Source: a virus (lineage: Duplodnaviria > Caudoviricetes). Taken from it: DNA of 34,007 nt. Location: positions 1 through 34,007 of IMG/VR virus record IMGVR_UViG_3300043438_001767; one strand, given 5' to 3'. Numbering within the stretch: the stretch's first letter is position 1; the number at the start of each line of letters is the position of its first letter. The notes beneath the pieces are model-generated. The model searched no databases, was not told the origin of the DNA, and saw only the letters and a program-made list of their open reading frames with translations. The position numbers were made by a program, and so were the translations under genes. Shown piece after piece: positions 8,694 through 16,295 of the stretch.

Positions 8694-8882
8694 TTATTTG
8701 TTTTGATCTTTTATTTTCTGATTATATATTGCCTTAATTTTTTCTTCTCTTTTTCTAACAGATTCTTTTAAATATTCTTCTCTGTCTTTACATTCTTTAC
8801 CTATTTTGGTTTTTATGAATTTACCTTTTAATTCCTTCAAACCCCTTTCGATGTTGCCGTTTTTAATTTTTACTACTAACAT
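8694..8882 (-). CDS. rpsU: 30S ribosomal protein bS21 (phage-encoded)
   Basis: 62 aa, basic; MLVVKIKNGNIERGLK..K.K....I....K.R..Y.K.S..KR...KAIY pattern. Confidence 0.85.
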   Translation of the reverse strand: MLVVKIKNGNIERGLKELKGKFIKTKIGKECKDREEYLKESVRKREEKIKAIYNQKIKDQNK

Positions 8883-8926
8883 TTGCGTTTTTTATTATTA
8901 AATATGGATAATTACTTAAAAATTAA

Positions 8927-8934
8927 TATTTATT
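8927..8934 (+). promoter_or_regulatory. Putative late promoter motif TATTTATT (divergent variant TATTTAA at about 8898-8904 on the minus strand for rpsU)
   Basis: Divergent intergenic gap 8883-8955. Confidence 0.5.
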
Positions 8935-8955
8935 AGTAAAATGTAAAGGACAATA

Positions 8956-9951
8956 ATGAAATTTAGTCAAATAATAAAAGAAGAGATAGATGTAAGGGGT
9001 GTAAGGAAAGTAATGAACACTATCCAAAAACACGTCATAGGTAAATTAGAAAAAAAACCTGATTCGTTATTTCCTTTTGATGGTTCTGTTGATAAGATAA
9101 ATGATATCTACATACCAACGTTTGATTTTGTAGAAGAATTCATTACCTCAGATTATTCTGAGATAATAGATATATTCAATACCTTTATTGTGAATTATAC
9201 ACCAGAGGGTAATTATGAAAATGTAGATACTATAGTAAAGTTATCTGAGGATAAATTAAAGTCTATGTTTGAGTATGAAGTTATTGTACTATCTAATTAT
9301 TTTAAAACCTCACCATTCCTAATTTTAAAAGAAACCACACTATATTATGGTTTACCAATATATTATGTACGTGAGGAAGAAAATTTTTATTGTATTGGGG
9401 ATTATCAGGATATGATTAATGCGACTAAAGAACATCTTCGTGATCGTTTCTATGATGCGGATGAGATTATAAGTAGTATAGGTGAAGAAGAATATATAAA
9501 TTATTTATATATTCCTGATTGGGATAAAGAAAAGTTGGCGGATGAGATGTCAATAGAAAGAGAATCTGAAATGAGTGACGAACAAATATTGGGATATATG
9601 AAAAGGTCTACTAAACCTTTTATAGTTGATTTAATTAATAGATATGAAAATTCATCGGAAGACGGTGAAATAATAAAAGAATTAAGAAAATATACTATTG
9701 AGTTTTTATATAATCAATATTATGATGAACTAGGAGATGTTTTTGAATATTTATTAGAAAGAGGTAACATCGAAACAACTGATGGTGGAAAAATTGAAAT
9801 AAATAACATACCGAGTTATGTTGAGTTTGATTGGGATAATTTTGTAGATGATGAGTCAGGAGACGTACATTTTGACCAATTGAGTGATTATGGGCAGGTA
9901 TATAGATACGGTGGAGATAATCCATATTATATGATTAAAATAGATTATTAA
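8956..9951 (+). CDS. Acidic leader-bearing protein, paralog family A
   Basis: MKFSQIIKEE leader; shares LS.YF...P.LI...YG L..Y...Y.IGD core with 9952 and 14130. Confidence 0.75.
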   Translation: MKFSQIIKEEIDVRGVRKVMNTIQKHVIGKLEKKPDSLFPFDGSVDKINDIYIPTFDFVEEFITSDYSEIIDIFNTFIVNYTPEGNYENVDTIVKLSEDKLKSMFEYEVIVLSNYFKTSPFLILKETTLYYGLPIYYVREEENFYCIGDYQDMINATKEHLRDRFYDADEIISSIGEEEYINYLYIPDWDKEKLADEMSIERESEMSDEQILGYMKRSTKPFIVDLINRYENSSEDGEIIKELRKYTIEFLYNQYYDELGDVFEYLLERGNIETTDGGKIEINNIPSYVEFDWDNFVDDESGDVHFDQLSDYGQVYRYGGDNPYYMIKIDY

Positions 9952-11034
9952 ATGAAAAGATTAATATTAGAAAGCAGAATTACACCTTTTTATGTGAGGG
10001 TTTTAAAGTTACTTAATAAAAAGTTGGGTGAAGGTGAAGATGCTAGTGTAGTTTGGGACTTATTAACTAGAGAATTATCTATAGATGATACGGATTCTAA
10101 AATAGAGATACTTCATCTATATACTAATCATTATGATGAATCAGGTAATTATGATAGTTTAACTGACGCAGATTTAGAAGGTGTGGACGATACTTCCTCA
10201 TATGATGATGAACTAGTTGCATTGTCAATGTTTTTAGATATACCACCAATCTTAATAGAAGAAGAAGGTAGTCATCATGGTTTAAATACTTATAGGGATT
10301 TAACTTCAGATGAGGCATATGCGATAGGTGATGACGATGAAGTTAGTAGTGCGATGGAAGACTATTTTGAAGGGTATGTTGACGAAGTTGGTGGGATAGA
10401 CAATATAGATAGATATACAGTTGATGATTTCATAGAATTAGATGATTATAGTGTGCGACAGTATGCAGAAGAAACTGCGGACTATAGAATAGATGATATG
10501 AGTGAAGAAGATGTAATATCGGACGCAGGATATGATAGTAGGGAATCGTATGAAGATAGGATGGCATTATTAGAGGAAAGAATCGATGAGTTAGATAATC
10601 TTATAGAAGAAAAACAAGACGAATTAGATGAGAGGGTAGATGACGATGAGGATTTTTTTGGTACTGAGGAATACGAAGAATTAAAAGAAGAGATTGATGA
10701 CTTAGAACGAGAACTTTCAGACAAACAAAGTGATTATGAAGGACTGGGAGATGAGTTAAGAGAACTATTCGACACTGCGAGAACAGAGTTATATGATTCA
10801 ATGGTAGACGATATTATTGGTGAGATTGATAATGATGGTGTAGATTATTTTATAGATAATTTAGGGTTAAGTTTTAAAGAGGCGGTAGATTATTATTGTA
10901 CTTTCGATGAGTCTGGATTAGAAAGATACCTTGCAGAAAATGAAGACAGAGGTAATACACTATCTGGTTATGACGGTAGTGAAAATGAACAATACTATAA
11001 TGGGGTAACTTATTATATTTATAGAACAGATTAA
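9952..11034 (+). CDS. Very acidic coiled-coil protein, paralog family A
   Basis: MKRLILES leader; about 111 of 360 residues are D/E by hand count; C-terminal LSGYDGSE...GVTYYIYR. Confidence 0.8.
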   Translation: MKRLILESRITPFYVRVLKLLNKKLGEGEDASVVWDLLTRELSIDDTDSKIEILHLYTNHYDESGNYDSLTDADLEGVDDTSSYDDELVALSMFLDIPPILIEEEGSHHGLNTYRDLTSDEAYAIGDDDEVSSAMEDYFEGYVDEVGGIDNIDRYTVDDFIELDDYSVRQYAEETADYRIDDMSEEDVISDAGYDSRESYEDRMALLEERIDELDNLIEEKQDELDERVDDDEDFFGTEEYEELKEEIDDLERELSDKQSDYEGLGDELRELFDTARTELYDSMVDDIIGEIDNDGVDYFIDNLGLSFKEAVDYYCTFDESGLERYLAENEDRGNTLSGYDGSENEQYYNGVTYYIYRTD

Positions 11035-11044
11035 ATATAAAAAA

Positions 11045-12607
11045 ATGAAGATAAAATTGAATGTGAGTCAATATAAAAGATTACTATCAGAAATGAGACA
11101 TGACGGTAAGTCTACTGGTTTATTTTCGGATGAAGAACCTAAAGTGGTTAATGAGTTTGGTGGAAAAATTAAATCTTATGTTAATAACAAAAGTGAGGAG
11201 ATGAAAAACTCTTGGAAAACTTTTGTTGGTATTGCAAAAAGAGAAAAAAGTGAGACTATTGAGTTACTTAAGGTATTACAGAAACTTATAACAGGAAAAG
11301 AAGTAAGTGAGAATGAAATAAAACTTCTTAAGGCACAATCTAAGGATATTGCGAAAATAGTTGCCGTTATGGGTATGGGTGCAGTGTCGATGGCAATACC
11401 GTTACTATTGGAAAAGGTTTTAAATAAATACGGTATCTCTATAATGCCTAGTAGTCATAAAGAATTGGGTGGTGAAGAAAATAGTGATGAAATTAATGAG
11501 GCAAAAAAGAAAAAGAATAAACTGTGTGCTAGAGGTGTAAGTGCAGCAAAATCTAAATACGATGTCTATCCTTCCGCATATGCTAATGGTTATGCGGTAC
11601 AAGTATGTAAAGGTAAAATTGCTGGGTTAGATGGTAATAAAAGATGTAGTGGTAGTTACTGTTCAGGTAAAACAAATGAATCATATAATTTTGACGATAT
11701 AGAAGTTGCGGAAAGATTAGATGAAGATTTGGCAGTTTGGTTTGGTACTAAAAAAAAGGGTAAGGGTACTAAACAACCACAAGGACCTTGGGTTAACATA
11801 TGTAGAAAAAAAGAAGGTGGTGGACATCCTGAGTGTGGTAGAGGTGATTCTGATAAAGGTGGTTACCCAGTTTGTAGGGCAAAGAGTGTTGCTGCAAATA
11901 TGAGTCAGGAGTCTAAAGATTCTGCGTGTAGACGTAAGAGAGAAAAAGAAAAAAATGATGGTAAGTCAGGTAAAGGACAATCTCCTAGCCCTATCAAAAT
12001 TAAAAACTATAAATCTAAAAAGAATGAATCCTTAAACTACGATAGAATGTTAATTACTGAAAACAGAACTATCATTAGTGAAGGTTTAAAATATCATATA
12101 GATAATGAAATACCATTAACCGAATCAGTTTATAGATATGGTAGTGAATCTTTCTTTAACTTAATAAACGAAGTAAGAGAATTACACACCAAAGGTAAAA
12201 TTGATTTATCATTTAGTGATGAAGAGATTATAAGAACCGACATTGGTAAACAAGGTATCTATGAGGGTAGAAAGGTTTGGTTGGATATACCAAATGAGTA
12301 TATGGAAATAAATGAGGCGGAATATAAAGGTAAAACTGTTGACTTAAGTAAACCTAAAAGAGGTGGTACTAAAAAGTTTTATGTGTACGTGATGTGTAAT
12401 GGAAAGGTTAAAAAAGTTTCTTTTGGGGCAAAATCTGGTGGAGGTAATTTGGCAGTAAAACTTAGAGACCCTAAGGCTAGGAAGGCGTTTGCAGATAGAC
12501 ATAACTGTAGTCAGAAAAATGATAAATGTACTCCAGGATATTGGAGTTGTAGGTTACCTAGATACGCTAAACAATTAGGATTGTCGGGTGGAGGAACTTG
12601 GTGGTAA
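11045..12607 (+). CDS. Leader-bearing multidomain (polyprotein-like) protein with basic Cys-containing modules
   Basis: MKIKLNVSQYKRLLSE leader; modules YPSAYAN, WVNICR...CGR...YPVCR and KKVSFG...RHNC...GYWSC separated by INE/TNE/LDE/KNE linkers. Confidence 0.8.
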   Translation: MKIKLNVSQYKRLLSEMRHDGKSTGLFSDEEPKVVNEFGGKIKSYVNNKSEEMKNSWKTFVGIAKREKSETIELLKVLQKLITGKEVSENEIKLLKAQSKDIAKIVAVMGMGAVSMAIPLLLEKVLNKYGISIMPSSHKELGGEENSDEINEAKKKKNKLCARGVSAAKSKYDVYPSAYANGYAVQVCKGKIAGLDGNKRCSGSYCSGKTNESYNFDDIEVAERLDEDLAVWFGTKKKGKGTKQPQGPWVNICRKKEGGGHPECGRGDSDKGGYPVCRAKSVAANMSQESKDSACRRKREKEKNDGKSGKGQSPSPIKIKNYKSKKNESLNYDRMLITENRTIISEGLKYHIDNEIPLTESVYRYGSESFFNLINEVRELHTKGKIDLSFSDEEIIRTDIGKQGIYEGRKVWLDIPNEYMEINEAEYKGKTVDLSKPKRGGTKKFYVYVMCNGKVKKVSFGAKSGGGNLAVKLRDPKARKAFADRHNCSQKNDKCTPGYWSCRLPRYAKQLGLSGGGTWW

Positions 12608-12629
12608 ATAAAAATAAAAAATTAATATT

Positions 12630-13061
12630 ATGAAAAGAATAGTTAAATTAACAGAAGAAGACATTAAAAACATGGTTAGAAAAACTATGGATCAAATTAA
12701 TGTACAAGGTAATGAACATCACGATAGAGGTAATAGATATATGTTCTTCTCAAATCTACAACAAATGAGAAGACAATGCGATATATTATTAGATATGGAT
12801 CCAGAAATGGTTGAGGGTGTTTTAGAAAATGGACACGATTGGGCACAAGATCATATTGCGGAAGCGAAAAACAATATGGATCAAGTATTTGATTTCTTAA
12901 TGAATGAAAGTAAAAAGTCTGGAATGGAGTTATCTATGAATATAGATGATAATGATATGATGAATGAAAAGTGGAGTAAAGAATATAAAAATTCCATAGA
13001 TTGTAATAACCCAAAAGGATTCTCTCAGAGGGCACATTGTCAAGGTCGTAAGAAAAGATAA
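12630..13061 (+). CDS. Leader-bearing two-module protein
   Basis: MKRIVKLTEEDIKNMV leader; YMFFSNL...GHDWA.DH module; after MNE a basic KWS...DCNNPKGFSQRAHC module. Confidence 0.75.
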   Translation: MKRIVKLTEEDIKNMVRKTMDQINVQGNEHHDRGNRYMFFSNLQQMRRQCDILLDMDPEMVEGVLENGHDWAQDHIAEAKNNMDQVFDFLMNESKKSGMELSMNIDDNDMMNEKWSKEYKNSIDCNNPKGFSQRAHCQGRKKR

Positions 13062-13063
13062 CT

Positions 13064-13330
13064 ATGGATTTCCCATTTGAAGAAAATAAAATAAATGGTT
13101 TCTATGTTCGTAAATTTTCTGATAATGTAGAGAATAGTGAATTGGTTTGGCACAGAGATAAAGAAGATAGAATTGTTGAAAGTGTTGGGTATACGGATTG
13201 GATGGTTCAATTGGATAATCAATTACCTGTCCCACTTACGGAAACTATATTCATACCTAAAGAGATGTATCACAGAGTAATTAAAGGTACTGGTGATTTA
13301 ACAGTTAAAATCAAAAAATTAAATGATTAA
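13064..13330 (+). CDS. Small cupin-like protein
   Basis: WHRD.EDR and IPK..YHRVIKG..DL cupin-like His motifs. Confidence 0.6.
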   Translation: MDFPFEENKINGFYVRKFSDNVENSELVWHRDKEDRIVESVGYTDWMVQLDNQLPVPLTETIFIPKEMYHRVIKGTGDLTVKIKKLND

Positions 13331-14120
13331 GTTAACTCAAATATTAAATGAATCGGAGGGTAATTTATCTTATTTAGACAATAAGGTTTATAGAAAATAC
13401 TTAAACGTACTTAATACAAAATACCCCGAACTTCAAAACGAAGTAAAAAAATACGTTTACCCAGACTGGGGTGTGGTATTTGATGAAAGTGTAGTATATA
13501 ATAAAATCACTAAATTTTTTGGTGTGGATTTTTTCAATTTAGATAAAGAAGAAATAAATGAGTTACTATTTCTTTTTATTATAAATTTAAACGTTAAAAA
13601 TTTTTTAACTGAGGAACTAAATGTCGGTAATGGACTATTTTTTATAACTATGGAAATGGCTGAGGAAGGTTTTGATTACTATAGTGAAACTGAATCTATA
13701 TCATGCGATGATTGTCACGGTAGAGGTAGTGAAACTGAAACATGTACAAGTTGTGGTGGATCAGGACAAATTGAGGACGAAGATGGTGAAATGGAAACAT
13801 GTGATGAATGTGATGGTAGTGGATCTGTTGAGGAAGAATGTAGTTATTGTGGTGGTGATGGTGAATATGATGAGGATGTAAATAGTGTAACCAAAACTAT
13901 AAATAAATGGTTTATGATTATGACAGAAAAACCTGATTTTCCGAAAATTGACAATGGTAGTGATTTTATTGAAAAGTATGGTGATAAGGTGTTTATGTTT
14001 ACGGATGTTAGATCTGAAGAACAAACAGGTGAGTGGGAGAATGACCTACCAGATGATTTAGAGATTTTAGATTACGATGTTGACGTTATTAATAAATTTA
14101 CAATAAGGTATATGATATAA
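13323..14120 (+). CDS. Leader-bearing protein with DnaJ-type zinc finger
   Basis: MIKLTQILNE leader; four CxxCxGxG repeats; no J-domain HPD motif. Confidence 0.8.
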   Translation: MIKLTQILNESEGNLSYLDNKVYRKYLNVLNTKYPELQNEVKKYVYPDWGVVFDESVVYNKITKFFGVDFFNLDKEEINELLFLFIINLNVKNFLTEELNVGNGLFFITMEMAEEGFDYYSETESISCDDCHGRGSETETCTSCGGSGQIEDEDGEMETCDECDGSGSVEEECSYCGGDGEYDEDVNSVTKTINKWFMIMTEKPDFPKIDNGSDFIEKYGDKVFMFTDVRSEEQTGEWENDLPDDLEILDYDVDVINKFTIRYMI

Positions 14121-14129
14121 AGATATAAA

Positions 14130-15347
14130 ATGGAAATAGATTTTAGTAACATAACACCATTAGATTTAAGGATATTAAATCATTTAAAGAAGAATTCGGT
14201 AACTGATGAATGGGAACCACTTTATAACTATTTAGTTAATAATTTTAATACGGATCCTGAGGATACACAAAAAATTATTTTAATTTATAGTGATAAAGAA
14301 AATCAAAATATAGATTTTAAGAACGTTAACGACATAACTATTCCAAATTTGGACTATTCATCGTATGACGATAAAACATTAGCGTTTTCGTCATTTATTG
14401 ACGTAGACCCAATTTTTATAAAACCATTTGCAACATATACTTCTAATCTTACTTCTTTTAAAGTGTTAATACCTTCAATAGGTTTTAGTACTAGGTATGT
14501 TTTTTATATAGGTGACATTTATGCAGTACATAGAGAGGCAGAAATAAAAATTCGTGAAAAATTAGATGATGAAGGATGGGATTTTTTTAGTAATAGTTAT
14601 TTAATAGATTATGTTGAAATTAATCAACAATATTTAGATTATAATGTAACTGAAATTGCTACAGAAGAATATGAATATGGAATTAGTAATTCTAAATTTA
14701 ATTCAGAATCAAAAGAAAATCTTTTAAAAAATATAGATAAATATGATGAATACGAAGATTTAAAATATACGTTTGATGAATTGACTGAAATTAAAAAAGG
14801 AATAGATAAAACTTTTTTAGGGTTAGATAACAACATCAATAAATTAGAGAAAGAAAAAAAGATTATTGAACTAGAAATAGAAAGGTTAGGTGATATCACA
14901 GATTATGGTGATGATGAAGATAGTTACTCAACAGAGTTTGAGGGTGAATTAGAAGATTTAGAAAATAAACTAAATAAAATTGAAAACAGATTAGAAGAGG
15001 CTGAGTATGAATATAATCAATATTATAAAGATTATGATTCATTAGTAGATGAATTAGAAGATGTAACCGAAGATTTATCCGAATATGAAGGTGAAAATTT
15101 CAAAAAGTTATATATGTCCATTAGGAAAGAAAAGTTAAAAGAAGATTACAGTTACGATATTGAAGAATATGTCTCTCAATTAGGTTTAACTATGGGTGAG
15201 GCAATAGCCGACAACGTTTTAGAAATAAACGATGAAGATTATTTAATAAATGATGCAATAGAAAAAGATGGTCCTGAATATTTCATCGGTGACTTAACAA
15301 GTGATGTTTTCAATTACAACGGTGAGGAATATCACATTCTTTGGTAA
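14130..15347 (+). CDS. Acidic coiled-coil protein, paralog family A
   Basis: ITPLDLRILNHL module, SSYDD.TLAFSSFIDVDPIFI and YIGD core, C-terminal YNGEEYHI. Confidence 0.75.
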   Translation: MEIDFSNITPLDLRILNHLKKNSVTDEWEPLYNYLVNNFNTDPEDTQKIILIYSDKENQNIDFKNVNDITIPNLDYSSYDDKTLAFSSFIDVDPIFIKPFATYTSNLTSFKVLIPSIGFSTRYVFYIGDIYAVHREAEIKIREKLDDEGWDFFSNSYLIDYVEINQQYLDYNVTEIATEEYEYGISNSKFNSESKENLLKNIDKYDEYEDLKYTFDELTEIKKGIDKTFLGLDNNINKLEKEKKIIELEIERLGDITDYGDDEDSYSTEFEGELEDLENKLNKIENRLEEAEYEYNQYYKDYDSLVDELEDVTEDLSEYEGENFKKLYMSIRKEKLKEDYSYDIEEYVSQLGLTMGEAIADNVLEINDEDYLINDAIEKDGPEYFIGDLTSDVFNYNGEEYHILW

Positions 15348-15349
15348 TA

Positions 15350-15380
15350 TTGACATTTTAAGAAAAAATCCTTATTTTTG
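15350..15380 (+). promoter_or_regulatory. Host-sigma promoter TTG-N20-TATTTTTG
   Basis: TTGACA 15350-15355 and TATTTTTG 15373-15380. Confidence 0.75.
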
Positions 15381-15391
15381 TATAAAAAGAT

Positions 15392-15619
15392 ATGGACAAA
15401 GCAATAAATCCTGAAGAAAGGGTTGTACACCCATCCCACTACAATAAGGGTATAGAAATGTGGGACTATGCCTATTCACACAAATTAGATTTTTTTGAGG
15501 GTAACGTTGTTAAATATGTTACTAGGTGGAAACAAAAAAACGGTATCGAAGATTTAAAAAAGGCAAAACAGTATTTAGATAAACTTATCGAATTAAATGA
15601 GAGTAATAATCGCAGGTAG
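15392..15619 (+). CDS. DUF3310-family protein (T7 gp1.7-like)
   Basis: VHPSHY..GIE, F.EGNVVKYV.R...KNG.EDLKKA..YL. Confidence 0.85.
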   Translation: MDKAINPEERVVHPSHYNKGIEMWDYAYSHKLDFFEGNVVKYVTRWKQKNGIEDLKKAKQYLDKLIELNESNNRR

Positions 15620-15944
15620 TAGGAACTTTAATGACTACGAAAAACTAAAGAAAAAATTAAATGCGATTCTCAAAAATCAAGAAGATGTTACTATAATATC
15701 TGGTACCGCAAATGGTGCGGATAAGATGGGCGAATGGTATGCAAATGAAAAACACCTTAAGTTAGAACAGTATCCTGCGATGTGGGACTTGTTTGGTAAT
15801 AAGGCTGGATATATGAGAAACGAAGAGATGGCTAAAGTCGCAGATGCCGCCATAATATTTTGGGACGGTAAGAGTAAAGGATCCAAACATATGATAGATA
15901 TTTCAAAAAAATATAATTTAAAATTGCGCATTGTGATGTTTTAA
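15597..15944 (+). CDS. SLOG-superfamily protein (DUF2493/YspA-like)
   Basis: IIAGSR.F.DY, ISG.A.GAD, AG..RN..M and FWDGKSKGS..MI. Confidence 0.85.
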   Translation: MRVIIAGSRNFNDYEKLKKKLNAILKNQEDVTIISGTANGADKMGEWYANEKHLKLEQYPAMWDLFGNKAGYMRNEEMAKVADAAIIFWDGKSKGSKHMIDISKKYNLKLRIVMF

Positions 15945-15968
15945 CATATTTATTTTCAAAAATATGTT

Positions 15969-16295
15969 ATGGATTATATTATAGATGAAATTTACGAAAT
16001 TTTTTGTGACACCGATAAATTACTCACAGTAACCTTTAAGGTTGAGGGTGATATTGAAGATTCTTATAGAGAATTGATTGACAGTGAATATTACAACTGG
16101 TGTAATGAACATTATATTACCGAAGGTGAAAACTTAGTAGACTATGGTCATTATGATGATGAGGATGAGTACATACCAGACTTCTTTAATTATGACAAAT
16201 GGAATATGTATTACTCCAACGAAGATATGGTTATTGAGTACCTTTATGAAAACTATTCTGATTTGAGAAATTTACCTTCACCGAAGATTAATTAA
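15969..16295 (+). CDS. Small acidic hypothetical protein
   Basis: D/E/Y-rich ORF after TATTTATT (15947-15954). Confidence 0.65.
   Translation: MDYIIDEIYEIFCDTDKLLTVTFKVEGDIEDSYRELIDSEYYNWCNEHYITEGENLVDYGHYDDEDEYIPDFFNYDKWNMYYSNEDMVIEYLYENYSDLRNLPSPKIN

Noticed and set aside
13690-13865. dnaJ gene call
   Set aside because: Only the zinc-finger repeats are present; there is no J-domain or HPD motif
15942-15969. TAACATATTT / AAATATGTTA inverted repeat over a late motif and start region
   Set aside because: Almost all A/T and short, so it could be chance; noted only as a weak parallel to the 7970-8016 hairpin
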